DNA of 63,752 nucleotides, the filler included, from an uncultured Methanosarcinales archaeon (GTDB lineage Archaea; Nanobdellota; Nanobdellia; Woesearchaeales; CAYMBN01), in assembly GCA_964388715.1 (NCBI GenBank). It is 6 parts of 4 records of this genome, joined end to end, with 100 filler letters (N's around TTAATTAATTAA, not from the genome) between each part and the next. Parts side by side here need not be neighbours in the genome. Positions count along the whole stretch, not along the records: positions 39,359 to 47,741 come from CAYMBN010000004.1; positions 47,842 to 51,274 come from CAYMBN010000005.1; positions 51,375 to 61,919 come from CAYMBN010000005.1; 3 more parts are not named here. One strand, written 5' to 3'. Below, piece by piece: positions 41,375-52,872 of this stretch. The translations under genes and the position numbers were made by a program. Below the pieces are notes generated by a model. That model was not told the origin of the DNA, did no database searches, and was given only the letters and a program-made list of their open reading frames with translations. How positions within the stretch are numbered: position 1 is the stretch's first letter; each line of letters begins with the position of its first letter.

Positions 41375-42568
41375 ATGTTTTATGAATACATTCTACAATT
41401 TAAATGGATTATTCTATTTTACCTTATTATTCTCATTTTAGTTTTAACCTACAAAAAGAAATTAAATTTTGTAGGAAAATTCTTTATACTTTACAGAACA
41501 AAAATCGGATTAAAATTCATGGGAAAATTCTCCAAAAAATATCGTGAATTATTAAAACTGTTAGGTTACATTGGTATAGGTATTGGATTTATTGGTATGA
41601 TTTTCATATCAATCATATTACTACAAAACCTTTACACCCTTTTTTTTCAACCTGAAGCAGCAGCAGGTATTGCTTTAGTTCTTCCAGGAGTAAACATTCC
41701 TGGTGTAGGTGTATTACCTTTTTGGTATTGGTTAATTTCAATATTTGTTATAGCTGTAATGCATGAAGGTGCTCACGGTGTAATTGCTTTAGCACACAAC
41801 GTTAAAATAAAAAAAACAGGTTTATTTTTACTCGGTCCAATAATAGGTGCTTTTGTTGAACCTAATGAAAAAGAAGTAAAAAAACAAAGTGATATTGTAC
41901 AATATTCTATTCTTGCAGCAGGAGCATTTTCAAATATTATTTTTGCATTTTTCATATTAATCCTTATGATATTTGCAGTATCACCAATACACAATCATAT
42001 GGTTGAACCAAATGGAATATCTTTTTCAGGTTTACACAACAATACAGTTCCAGCTTCTTTAGCAGGACTAGAACCAGGAATGATTATTACAGGTATAAAC
42101 AATGTAACAACACTAAACTATGAAGAATTTTATAATGTTTACAAGTATATCCAACCAGGAGACCTAATCCAAATCAAAGCAAACAATAATTGGTATGATC
42201 TCAAAACAATATCCAACCCAGAAGACAATACAGCAACATTTATTGGAATTAAAGACATAAAACAAGAATTTATTCTCAAACAAAAATTCAGTACCATCCT
42301 GGGCAATTTATCTTTCTCAATAGTTTCTTTTTTCAAAGAATTATTCAAATGGTTATACATTTTAAGTTTAGGGATTGGTATTTTCAATCTTCTTCCATTA
42401 GGAATCGCAGATGGCGGTAGAATGTTACAAGTAGCTTTATGGCAATTAAAAAAAGATAGAAAAAAAGCAGACATTTTATGGAAAAAAATATCAGCATTAT
42501 TTATTTTTGTATTATTACTCATTCTATTCATATTATTATTAAGGTTTCTTGGAATCACCTTTATATAA
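41375..42568 (+). CDS. Site-2 protease (M50) with PDZ-like domain
   Basis: HEGAH, GAFVEP and FNLLP..ADGG motifs. Confidence 0.92.
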   Translation: MFYEYILQFKWIILFYLIILILVLTYKKKLNFVGKFFILYRTKIGLKFMGKFSKKYRELLKLLGYIGIGIGFIGMIFISIILLQNLYTLFFQPEAAAGIALVLPGVNIPGVGVLPFWYWLISIFVIAVMHEGAHGVIALAHNVKIKKTGLFLLGPIIGAFVEPNEKEVKKQSDIVQYSILAAGAFSNIIFAFFILILMIFAVSPIHNHMVEPNGISFSGLHNNTVPASLAGLEPGMIITGINNVTTLNYEEFYNVYKYIQPGDLIQIKANNNWYDLKTISNPEDNTATFIGIKDIKQEFILKQKFSTILGNLSFSIVSFFKELFKWLYILSLGIGIFNLLPLGIADGGRMLQVALWQLKKDRKKADILWKKISALFIFVLLLILFILLLRFLGITFI

Positions 42569-42604
42569 ATAACATTTATATAATATCACTTTATCCAGGG
42601 TAAT

Positions 42605-43306
42605 ATGTTATATGTAATCTTAATTGAACCAGAAATACAGGGTAATATTGGTGCGATAGCAAGAGCAATGAAAAATTTTGCACTAAAAAATCTTATTTTA
42701 ATTAACCCAAAATGTAATCACCTCAACAATGAATCAAAAAGAAGGGCAAAACATGCACAAGATATACTCAAAAAAACAAAAGTTAAACCTTTTTCTTACC
42801 TAAAACAGTTTGATTATCTTATTGGAACAACCGCAAAAATCGGAAGAGATTATAATATTCCACGAATACCAATCACACCAGAACAATTATCACAAAAATT
42901 ATCAACCATTAAGAATAAAAGTAAAAAGAATCAAAAAATAGCAATTGTTTTTGGTAGAGAAGGTCCTGGCCTAACTAATCAAGAAATCTTAATGTGTGAC
43001 TTTATTGTATCAATCCCATCCTCAAAAAAATATTTCACATTAAACATAAGCCATGCAGCTTCAATAATATTTTATGAACTATTCAAAAAACAAAAAACCA
43101 CAACCATTTCTCACATAACTCCAATTAGCAAAAAAGATAAACAACAAATTCTTAAGATGATGAACCAAGTGCTGAACAAACTTCCATTTGCAACAAAAGA
43201 AAAAAAACAAACACAAAAAATAGTATGGAAAAGAGTCATTAACAAAGCACTACTTTCAAAAAGAGAAGCATTTGCAATAATGGGTTTTCTAAGAAAATTA
43301 TTATAA
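42605..43306 (+). CDS. trmJ: TrmJ-like SPOUT tRNA methyltransferase
   Basis: NIGAIARAMKNF, VFGREGPGL and LNISHA motifs. Confidence 0.88.
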   Translation: MLYVILIEPEIQGNIGAIARAMKNFALKNLILINPKCNHLNNESKRRAKHAQDILKKTKVKPFSYLKQFDYLIGTTAKIGRDYNIPRIPITPEQLSQKLSTIKNKSKKNQKIAIVFGREGPGLTNQEILMCDFIVSIPSSKKYFTLNISHAASIIFYELFKKQKTTTISHITPISKKDKQQILKMMNQVLNKLPFATKEKKQTQKIVWKRVINKALLSKREAFAIMGFLRKLL

Positions 43307-43335
43307 CACAATATATAAAAATTTCATACAAATAC

Positions 43336-43686
43336 TTAATTTTCAACCTTTTTCTCGTCAGACTTTTCCAAATATCCTTTTTCTTCTAAATATTCCTTAA
43401 TTCTATTATCAATTTTAGGTTCTGCTTTTTCTCCTAAAGAATAATATGTTCTCTCAACTTCACTTCCCCAAGAATAATCTCCTTTTTGTTTTTCTACTTT
43501 TTCAACTTTAAACTCTTCTGTTGAAAGACCTTTTTTAAGATGATAATAAATAGATCTCATTGTAACTTCAGGAAATATTTCAACATAAATCTTGTAAATC
43601 TGATAAGCATACAAAGGAGACTTAAAAAACAAAATCTCTACAATATTCTGTCTTATTACAGACTTAACAGGTCTACCTCTTGCCAT
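43336..43686 (-). CDS. Winged-helix-like conserved protein
   Basis: Likely start MARGRP; RSIYYHLKKG helix-turn-helix. Confidence 0.7.
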   Translation of the reverse strand: MARGRPVKSVIRQNIVEILFFKSPLYAYQIYKIYVEIFPEVTMRSIYYHLKKGLSTEEFKVEKVEKQKGDYSWGSEVERTYYSLGEKAEPKIDNRIKEYLEEKGYLEKSDEKKVEN

Positions 43687-43729
43687 AAAACAAATATAAT
43701 TTAAATACATATATATTTCTTTTGATTTA

Positions 43730-44074
43730 ATGCTAATCAACAAAACAAAAAACACAATTATAGCTGAAAAAACTAAAATCCTAAAAAATCCTTTTTCACA
43801 ATCAATAGGTTTAATGTTTTCAAAAAAAATAAAAAACAAAGCGTTAATTTTCAAATTCACAAAACCTAGAATAGTTTATGTACACATGTTTTTTGTTTTC
43901 TTTCCAATTGACATACTTTTCCTAGATGAAAATCAACAGATCATTGAAACACTCACAAACCTAAAACCATTTTCATTTTACAAATCAAAAAACAAGGCAA
44001 AATATTTAATTGAACTTCCATTAAATCAAATCAGAGATAAAAAAATAAATTTGCTTGACAAACTTGAATTTTAA
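43730..44074 (+). CDS. DUF192 family protein
   Basis: GLMF, HMFFVFFPIDILFLD and YLIELP motifs. Confidence 0.88.
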   Translation: MLINKTKNTIIAEKTKILKNPFSQSIGLMFSKKIKNKALIFKFTKPRIVYVHMFFVFFPIDILFLDENQQIIETLTNLKPFSFYKSKNKAKYLIELPLNQIRDKKINLLDKLEF

Positions 44075-44296
44075 TAAAAATATCAAAAAAATTCTAACAC
44101 AAACATTAAAAAATGAAGTTTTCATTCCAAAGTAAATATCATACAAAATCATACGGCCTTGGTAGTAAATATACCGAAAACTTTATAAATGCCTGACAAT
44201 TAAATTATTTAAAATAATGAGGGTTAGGGTAATTAAAAAAAGAGGGGAAAGTAGTTTCTCTTAGATTATTATTTTAAATAAAAAAAAGGTGATAAA

Positions 44297-47200
44297 ATGG
44301 AAAATACAAACCAAACAAATATGACTTCTTCAAAAAGCTTTTTGAGAAGAAAAATCTCATTTCTTCTGGTGATTTCCGTTTTATTGATGTTTGCACTTAG
44401 CGTAAGCTCTGTTTTTGCAGTACCAACTGTAGTTTTAAATACTCCAATAAATAGTACAAACATAAGTAATGAAGCTTTCACATTAAATGCTACAATCGCA
44501 GGTGTTGAGGGTGTAAATATTACAACAACTCCATGGTTTTCAGTTTCAAACTCTACCAATACATGGAATTATTCAACAACAAATATTTCTAGTGAATATA
44601 TCAATGTAACATTTAATACTTCTGCATTAAGTGCAGATGGAGCCTATAATATTACAGTGTTTGCATATAACACAACTGATGGCCTAAATAACAGTATAAT
44701 TCATGTGTTTACAGTTGATAACACAGCACCTAACTTTACATACAATGTCTCAAACAATACTGCTTATGGGAGTGTAATTTATATTGCCGCTAACTTCACA
44801 GATGGAACAACTGGAATTAAAAACGCAAGCTTATTTGTAAATGGTGTACAAAATACAACAAATCTAACAGTATCAGGGGCAGCTGATGCACTAACAACAG
44901 TTAACTTTACTTTTACACCAACAGCAGCTCAAGTGTCAAGTACACTTAACTTTTCAATTAAAGTATGGGATTTTGCAGGTAATTTTAATGAATCACAGAA
45001 CATGTCAATTACAATAACAGATGCTACTCCTCCAAATGCATCTTTAAACACACCTACAGCAAGCTTCAATGTAAGTGGAGTTTACACATTAAATGCAACA
45101 GTAAACGATTCTATTGCAGTAAATGCTGTATGGTTTGCAATTTCAAACATGTCATCAGGTTGGTATAAATGGAATTATACAACAACAAATGTTTCAAGTG
45201 ATTATATTAATGTAACTTTCAACGCCTCTGTATTAACAGCAGCAGAAGGAGATGGAAATTACAACATTACAATATTTACAAATGACTCAACCAATAACAC
45301 AAACAATTCTATAGTTAGAGTATTTACTGTAGACACCACAGCGCCTAACTATACTTACAATGTATCTAACAATACTGCTTCAGGAAGTGCAATTTACATT
45401 GCCGCTAACTTTACAGATGGAACAACTGGAGTAAAGAACGCAAGCTTGTTTGTAAATGGAGTACAAAATGCAACAAATACAACAGTGTCAGGATCAGCTA
45501 ATGCATTAACAACAGTTAACTTTTCCTATACTCCGTTAGCAAACCTGGTAGCAACTACTCTTAACTTCTCAATTAAAGTATGGGATTATGCAGGTAACTT
45601 TAACGAATCACAAAATATGTCAGTTACAATAACAGATGGTACTAGCCCAAATGTAACATTAAATAAACCATCTAATTCATCAAACATAACTGGAGTATAT
45701 ACTTTAAATGCTACAATTAGAGATGACGTTGCAATAAGTTCAGCTAAATTTTCAATTTCAAACATGTCAAAAGGATGGTATAAATGGAATTATACTGTAA
45801 ATAACATATCTGACTTTTATATAAACACAACCTTTAATGCCTCTGTAATTTCAGCATCAGACGGTGATGGTAATTACAACGTCACTATATTTTCAAATGA
45901 TACAACCGGAAACGCAAACAATACAATAGTAAAAGTATTTACAATAGATACTGCAGGCCCTGCATTAAACTGGAACAACACAAATAACACAAATTATGGC
46001 GCTGCAATCTACATAGCAGCCAATTTTACAGATGCAACAACAGGTATCAAAAACGCAAGCTTGTATGTTAATGGAGCACTAAACTCCTCCAACACAACAT
46101 TTCCTGGTGGACCAAACACACTTAGAATAGCCAACTTTACATTTACACCAGGTTTAACACAAGTTGGAGATTCAATCAACTTCACTGTTGTAGCATATGA
46201 CTTTGCAGGTAACTCAAACACTACACCTAATTTATCAATAACAATTACAGATAACATTAATCCAAATGTAAGTATAGTAACTCCAACAAACGAATCCAAT
46301 ATAAGTGGAGTATATGTGTTTAATGCATCTGTATTAGATGCAGTTGCAGTAACAAGTGTATGGTTTGCAATTACAAACGCATCAGCCACTGCCTATAATA
46401 AAAATCATACAGCATCAAACGTATCAAGTTATTATTATGCAAGCATTAACACATCAAATACATCAATATTCCCAGTATCAGGTGGAACATATAACGTAAC
46501 TATATTTGCAAATGATACAACTGGTAATCTTAATAGCAGCATTAAAGTTCAGTTCGTAGTTGACAATTACGCACCAATCTTCAACTTTACATTATCAGAC
46601 CGTTATGTAAAATCAACAGATCTGGTAGTAATCACAGTTAATGCAACAGACAATATATCTGGAATAAGCACAGTAATCGCAGAAGGAGTTGCATTAAACC
46701 AATCTGCTAATATTTGGAATGGTACAATATTACTAAGCTCAGAAGAAGTACTTAACATTACAGTAGTTGACACAGCCAACAATACTAACACTTCTTCAAT
46801 AACAAGCCCAGGAATTACCTATGCATTAGATGATGACGCACCAACCTTTACAATAACATCACCAAACACAAGTCAAACAATATTTACCAATGCAAATGGT
46901 AACGTAACAATCAACTTTACACTAAATGAAGCAAACGCAACTCGATGGAACGTCACAGTTGATGGTACAGCAATAACCCTAACACCATCAGCAAACAATG
47001 CTACTAATATATCTATTCAAAACTTAAGCACAGGACCACACACAATCGTGTTCAGTGCAAAAGACGAAGCAGGTAACTTAGCAACCCAAGTTACAAGAAG
47101 TATTACTGTTGTTTCTCAAGAAAACGTTGATACTCTGATGACTACTATTAAAAGCTCCAATACAAACTACTTAAGAAATGTATCTTTATTAAATTCAACT

Positions 47201-47741
47201 GCAACTGTCAATGGAAGCATCTGGATGAACCAAACCTTAACACTTCGTTTCATAGCAAACGCATCTGTAACAGACAATTATACAGTAACAATGCCAAGCT
47301 TCAACACATCTTTGGCAAACTGGAACAAAACAGCAGATCTAATCGTAGTTACAAGCAAACACTCAAAACAATCCAACTTAAGCCAGAACAAATCAGGAAC
47401 AAACATAACTAATTTAGTATTACTACAAAACACAAGCGATTTCCTAAATGACAATTATTATAACACAAGTGTAATTATTTTCAATCAAACATTAAAAGAC
47501 TTAAATGTGTTATATATTGAAGATGATCAAGGTTTCACAATCTACAACTTAACACGATGTACAGGCAACACCGCTCCAACATCAGCAGTTGGTACAGCAG
47601 CAACAGCATGTTATACAAATGATTCAGCAAATGTAACAGCTTATGTACCACATTTATCAGGAGTAGCCTTAGCAAACGATACAGTCGCACCAACAGTTAA
47701 CTTAACAGCACCAGTAAACACAACAACACCTCAAACAAACA
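44297..47741 (+). CDS. Very large N-glycosylation-rich Ig-repeat surface glycoprotein, 3'-truncated
   Basis: Signal peptide; dense N-x-S/T sequons; DNTAP and DFAGN repeats; HLS motif. Confidence 0.85.
44700..46300 (+). repeat. Three intragenic repeats with 615-bp (205-aa) period
   Basis: IAANFTDxTTG coding sequence at 44783, 45398 and 46013. Confidence 0.85.
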
Positions 47742-47841
47742 NNNNNNNNNNNNNNNNNNNNNNNNNNNNNNNNNNNNNNNNNNNNTTAATTAATTAANNN
47801 NNNNNNNNNNNNNNNNNNNNNNNNNNNNNNNNNNNNNNNNN
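47742..47841. other. Artificial contig spacer
   Basis: N-TTAATTAATTAA-N. Confidence 0.97.
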
Positions 47842-47842
47842 A

Positions 47843-47998
47843 AAAGGAAGAGGAAAAGGCTTTTTTGATAGATTTTTAAAAGACATCAAAGGAAAAAAAC
47901 CAATTATTGGCCTTTGTTATGAAGATCAAATTACAAAAAGCCTAATTTCAAAAGAATGGGACATAAAAGTCGATAAAATTATAAAGGATAAAAAATAA
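47843..47998 (+). CDS. C-terminus of 5-formyltetrahydrofolate cyclo-ligase, 5'-truncated (not in ORF track)
   Basis: GRGKGFFDRFL..IGLCYEDQI..WDIKVDKII; adjacent to glyA. Confidence 0.82.
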   Translation, partial: KGRGKGFFDRFLKDIKGKKPIIGLCYEDQITKSLISKEWDIKVDKIIKDKK

Positions 47999-48009
47999 CC
48001 TTATTTAAA

Positions 48010-49263
48010 ATGAAAATAAAAAATATTAGAAAAGAGGATCCTATTGTAGCTAAGATAATAAAAAAAGAACTTAAAAGACAAAAAAATCAATTAAATATGA
48101 TCCCTTCTGAAAATTATTCTAGTAAAGCTGTTCTCGAAGCTTCTGGTTCAATTATGATGAATAAATATGCAGAAGGTTATCCAAAAAAAAGATATTATCA
48201 AGGAAATAAATTTATTGATGATATTGAAATACTTGCAATTGAAAGGGCAAAAAAATTATTCAATGCAGAACATGCTAATGTACAATCCCTTTCTGGAAGT
48301 CCAGCTAATATGGCTGTATATTTTGCATTACTTAATTTAAAAGACAAAGTACTTGGTATGAATCTAAACCATGGTGGACACTTAACCCACGGTAGTAAAG
48401 TTAATTTCTCAGGTAAACTTTACACATTCATTGATTATGGTGTTGAACCAGAAACAGAATTACTTGATATGGACAAGGTAAGAAAAATTGCTGAAAAAGA
48501 AAAACCAAAAATAATAATTAGTGGTTACACAGCATACCCAAGAACAATTGATTTTAAAGAGTTTCACTCTATTGCACAAGATGTGGGTGCCATATCAATG
48601 GCTGATATATCACACATTGCAGGACTCATTGTAGGTGAAGCACATCCATCACCATTACCTTTCACAGATATTGTTACAACAACCACACATAAAACATTAA
48701 GAGGACCAAGAAGTGCCATAATCCTCTGTAAAGAAAAATTTGCAAAGCAAATAGATAAAGCAGTATTCCCTGGTTTACAAGGTGGTCCACATGAACATAC
48801 AATTGCTGCAAAAGCTGTTGCCTTTGAGGAAGCAATGAAACCAGAATTTAAAGAGTATTCTTCACAGATTATAAAAAATGCTAAAACACTTGCTGAAACC
48901 TTAATGGAAAACGGAATAAAATTAGTTTCTAATGGAACAGATAATCACTTAATATTAATTGACCTTATCAAAACCAAAACAATTGGAAAACAAGGACTTG
49001 GAAAAGAAGCAGCCGTTGCACTTGAACAAGCAGGAATAATTACAAATGCAAACACAATTCCATTTGATCCTAGTACACCTTTCAGACCATCAGGCATAAG
49101 ATTAGGAACTCCAATATTAACAACAAGAGGTATGAAGGAATCAGAAATGAAATTAGTTGGAGAATGGATTGCAAAAATTCTTAATAATCTTGAGAACAAA
49201 ACAATAAGAAAAGAAACTAAACAGCAAGTAAAAGAAATCTGTAAAGAATTTGTATTTTATTAA
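48010..49263 (+). CDS. glyA: Serine hydroxymethyltransferase
   Basis: PSENY, NKYAEGYP, GGHLTHG, TTTHKTLRGPR and GGTD-like NGTDNH motifs. Confidence 0.96.
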   Translation: MKIKNIRKEDPIVAKIIKKELKRQKNQLNMIPSENYSSKAVLEASGSIMMNKYAEGYPKKRYYQGNKFIDDIEILAIERAKKLFNAEHANVQSLSGSPANMAVYFALLNLKDKVLGMNLNHGGHLTHGSKVNFSGKLYTFIDYGVEPETELLDMDKVRKIAEKEKPKIIISGYTAYPRTIDFKEFHSIAQDVGAISMADISHIAGLIVGEAHPSPLPFTDIVTTTTHKTLRGPRSAIILCKEKFAKQIDKAVFPGLQGGPHEHTIAAKAVAFEEAMKPEFKEYSSQIIKNAKTLAETLMENGIKLVSNGTDNHLILIDLIKTKTIGKQGLGKEAAVALEQAGIITNANTIPFDPSTPFRPSGIRLGTPILTTRGMKESEMKLVGEWIAKILNNLENKTIRKETKQQVKEICKEFVFY

Positions 49264-49274
49264 GAGGCACAAAT

Positions 49275-50471
49275 ATGAACTATAATCAAGCTATTAGATA
49301 TATTTATAGCAGAGAAAAATTTGGAATAAAATTAGGACTAAAAAACATAACAAGACTAATGAATTTTCTTAAAAACCCACAAAAGCATTTCAAATCAATC
49401 CATGTTGCGGGTACAAATGGAAAAGGTTCTGTTTGTGCTTTTATTTACTCAATACTTCAAAAACAAGGTTACAAAGTAGGAATCTACACAAGCCCACATC
49501 TTATTGATTTCAGAGAAAGGATTATGATTAATGGAAAAAAGATAAACAAGAAAAAAGTCACAACATTATTAACAAAAATAAAACCATTCATTAAGGAACA
49601 CACTTTTTTTGAAGTTGTAACAGCATTAGCATTCCTTTACTTTAAACAACAAAAAGTAGACTTTGCTATTGTTGAAGTTGGTATGGGTGGCAGACTTGAC
49701 GCAACTAACATAATAAAACCAGAAATAAGTATTATAACAAATATTTCATTAGAACATACAAAATACTTAGGAAAAACAACAAAGAAGATAACATATGAAA
49801 AAGCAGGGATTATCAAACAAGGTATTGATGTTATAACACTTAAAAACAACAAAGGATTAAATATTATTAAAAAAACATGTAAAAAAAGACAATCAAAGCT
49901 ACATATAATAAAAATCAAAAAAATAAAATCATCTCTCGATGGAGATTTTCAATATCAAAATGTTTCTCTTGCATTAAAAACAATCAATTTGTTAAGAAAA
50001 AAGGGATATAAAATAAACCAAGATGCTATAAAAAAAGGTTTAAGATCGACAAAATGGCCAGGAAGAATGCAATTTATTTCAAAAAACATACTTTTTGATT
50101 GTGCACATAATCCAACTGCTGCTAAAACACTTTCAAAAGAAATAAGAAAACTAAAAAAGAAATTAAATTATAAAAATATTTATCTTATTTTAGGAATTAT
50201 GAAAGATAAAAATGTAAAATTATTCTGCAAAAATATCACACCAATAACAAAAGAAATTATAATAACAAAACCCAAAATATCACGATCTGCAGATCCAAAA
50301 GTAATTGCCAAATATATAAAGAAAAAAGTAACAATAATAAGTAATGTGTGTGAAGCATTAGAATATGCTAAAATAAAAGCAGGAAAAAATAATTTAATAG
50401 TACTAACCGGCTCTATATTTACTGTTGGAGAGGCTTTTTCTTGCATCAGATCTAAGCCATTTAGCTCCTAA
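49275..50471 (+). CDS. folC: Folylpolyglutamate synthase/dihydrofolate synthase
   Basis: HVAGTNGKGS, TSPHL, EVGMGGRLDATN, WPGR and DCAHN motifs. Confidence 0.95.
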   Translation: MNYNQAIRYIYSREKFGIKLGLKNITRLMNFLKNPQKHFKSIHVAGTNGKGSVCAFIYSILQKQGYKVGIYTSPHLIDFRERIMINGKKINKKKVTTLLTKIKPFIKEHTFFEVVTALAFLYFKQQKVDFAIVEVGMGGRLDATNIIKPEISIITNISLEHTKYLGKTTKKITYEKAGIIKQGIDVITLKNNKGLNIIKKTCKKRQSKLHIIKIKKIKSSLDGDFQYQNVSLALKTINLLRKKGYKINQDAIKKGLRSTKWPGRMQFISKNILFDCAHNPTAAKTLSKEIRKLKKKLNYKNIYLILGIMKDKNVKLFCKNITPITKEIIITKPKISRSADPKVIAKYIKKKVTIISNVCEALEYAKIKAGKNNLIVLTGSIFTVGEAFSCIRSKPFSS

Positions 50472-51083
50472 ATAAATAAAAGGAGTATCAATTAAAGCAA
50501 ATACTATTTTAAATAACCAATAAGGGATTATCAAACTGATTATAAAAATAACATCAAACTTAGGAGCAATCCTATAAAATGCCAAAAACATAAAGAGAGT
50601 AGTATCAATAAATTGACTTACTATTGTAGATAAATTATTTCTCAACCACAAATGTTTACCATTTGTTTCCCTTTTTAAGAAAGCAAAAGCCCAAACATCA
50701 TGATATTGACTTACAAAAAAAGCAATTATACTTGCCATTGTCATTCTTAAACTACTTCCAAACACAGATTGAAAAGCTTCCTGATTTCCCCATGTAGGAT
50801 TTGCTGGAAGTTTTATTGAAAAATACATCATAAACAGAGTAAATAATAAAATAAACACAGAAATGTAAACAAAAGTTTTTGCTACTTGTTTCCCACGCAC
50901 TTCTGTAATAACATCCGTTACTAAAAATAAGAGTGGTACAAAAAATATTCCTACAGAAACTCTAACTCCAAAAAGTGTCGTTATTTTAGTTCCCAAAGTA
51001 TTCGCAAGAATCAAAGCACATATAAATACTGCTAAGAGAATATTTGTTTTCTTTTCGAGTGTACTATTTTTTTTGTTTTCCAT
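50403..51083 (-). CDS. Queuosine precursor transporter (YhhQ/Vut_1 family)
   Basis: TDVITEV, SQYHDV, LWLRNNLSTIVSQFIDT and DTPF motifs. Confidence 0.9.
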   Translation of the reverse strand: MENKKNSTLEKKTNILLAVFICALILANTLGTKITTLFGVRVSVGIFFVPLLFLVTDVITEVRGKQVAKTFVYISVFILLFTLFMMYFSIKLPANPTWGNQEAFQSVFGSSLRMTMASIIAFFVSQYHDVWAFAFLKRETNGKHLWLRNNLSTIVSQFIDTTLFMFLAFYRIAPKFDVIFIISLIIPYWLFKIVFALIDTPFIYLGAKWLRSDARKSLSNSKYRAG

Positions 51084-51098
51084 GTTATTCTCAAAATT

Positions 51099-51274
51099 TT
51101 ATTTTATTACTCTATTTAATATGCTCTTTAATTCACCCATATTTAAAGTTTTTGATGTAAATAAAACAAATAAATAAACTAAAAACCCAATTGGAATTAC
51201 TATTAAAAGTTCCCAAAACCAGTGAAGCACAATCAAATCTTTCAATACAAATAATACAATTGTAAACAAAATTC
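51099..51274 (-). CDS. C-terminal fragment of a membrane protein (flippase-like tail)
   Basis: Open frame ..LLIVIPIGFLVYLFVLF..ELKSILNRVIK* up to the contig edge. Confidence 0.45.
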
Positions 51275-51374
51275 NNNNNNNNNNNNNNNNNNNNNNNNNN
51301 NNNNNNNNNNNNNNNNNNTTAATTAATTAANNNNNNNNNNNNNNNNNNNNNNNNNNNNNNNNNNNNNNNNNNNN
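51275..51374. other. Artificial contig spacer
   Basis: N-TTAATTAATTAA-N. Confidence 0.97.
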
Positions 51375-52203
51375 TACAATATGGACACAAGATAATCAAA
51401 TCAACAAATATCCTTTCTTGATATATCATAAAGATGGAAACATAGTTGATATTGATTCAACAATCAGCTTTATTAAAGATTATAAACCAACTAGAATCAC
51501 ATTAATAGAAGATTCACCAAAAGAATTTGATTCATTATTAGCAAGTGCTGCCTCATTATATACAAATAAAATACAAAAAATAAGTCTAAATGATTATTTT
51601 TCCTATTGGAAATCATACAAAGACATAATTTACGTTGACAATGATTATAGTTTAACAATGATGGCCTCTGTTTATGCATCACTGAAAAATATTCCAATAG
51701 TAATAAAAGGAACCACAACCGATAATACTAATACATTTAATCAAAAGAATGTAATAGCAATTAATATAAAGTGCCCAGAAAACTCTGCCTCATGTTACAA
51801 AATAGAATCTTTAGTAGAACTACAAAAAGAATACATTAAACTAACTAAAACAGATAAAGCAATCCTTGTAAACCCAAGTGATATTAACATTTTAACAAAA
51901 GAAAACTTAATCCCCCTAAAAACACCAAACATAATCCAAAACTTATACTCATCAGCATCATTATCAGCACCAATACTTGCTTCTGCTAAACATGAGTTAA
52001 TCATATTCACAAATATAGATCAAACACAACAAAATCCTTATTGTGAAACAGATATTAACACTCAACAAAATTTCAACAAAATTATTATTGATATTAACAA
52101 TAACATCAATACATTGTTTAATTACAATCCAAAATACTTAACAATTTTAGGATCACCAATGGCAATACCTGATTCAGACTTTGATTTATGCATTGGTAAA
52201 TAA
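51375..52203 (+). CDS. Hypothetical surface-associated protein, 5'-truncated
   Basis: ORF from contig edge; ASVYASLKNIP, LSAPILASAKHE and YLTILGSP motifs. Confidence 0.6.
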
Positions 52204-52215
52204 GGAGGAATCAAA

Positions 52216-52872
52216 ATGAACAAATATAATTCAATAAAAAAAGCATGTGAAATCAGTGATGAAATTTTTTGTTTAATCTTAAGTAATTTCGAGAATTTTG
52301 AGACTGAAAAAGATATTGAATATTTTATTAAAAAAGAGATTAAAAGGAGAAATTATAAATTATCATTTAAACCAATTGTTGCTTCAGGAAAAAATGCTGC
52401 CGACCCACATCATAAACCCACAACTAAGAAATTAATAAAAGGTTTTTGTGTTATAGACCTTGGAGTTAAGGTTAATGATTTTTGTTCAGATTGTACACGA
52501 ACTTTTTATATAGGTAAAGCAAGTAAAAAAGAAAAGTTATTATATAAAAAAGTTTTAAGAGTACAAAAAGAATCAATAAGGAATATAAAAAACATTAAAA
52601 AACCTTGTGAACTTGATTTGAAAGCAAGAAAACAACTTGGAAAAAACCTTTTACATTCGCTTGGGCATGGTATTGGGAAAAGAGTTCATGAAGCTCCAAA
52701 AATAGGTCCAAAAAACAAAAGGTTTTTTAAGAAAAATGTATTTATTACAATTGAACCAGGATATTATGTTAAAAATAAGTTTGGAATAAGGATTGAAGAC
52801 ACTATTTATGTAGGAAATCAAATTAAAGTTTTAACAAAATTTACTAAAAATTTAAGAGAGGTGCAAATATGA
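52216..52872 (+). CDS. M24 Xaa-Pro peptidase (catalytic domain only)
   Basis: DLG..SDCTRT, HSLGHGIG..HE, TIEPG and GIRIED motifs. Confidence 0.9.
   Translation: MNKYNSIKKACEISDEIFCLILSNFENFETEKDIEYFIKKEIKRRNYKLSFKPIVASGKNAADPHHKPTTKKLIKGFCVIDLGVKVNDFCSDCTRTFYIGKASKKEKLLYKKVLRVQKESIRNIKNIKKPCELDLKARKQLGKNLLHSLGHGIGKRVHEAPKIGPKNKRFFKKNVFITIEPGYYVKNKFGIRIEDTIYVGNQIKVLTKFTKNLREVQI

Noticed and set aside
43687..43860. N-terminal extension of the minus-strand ORF 43336..43860
   Set aside because: Overlaps the DUF192 gene; the MARGRP start at 43686 fits a divergent promoter.
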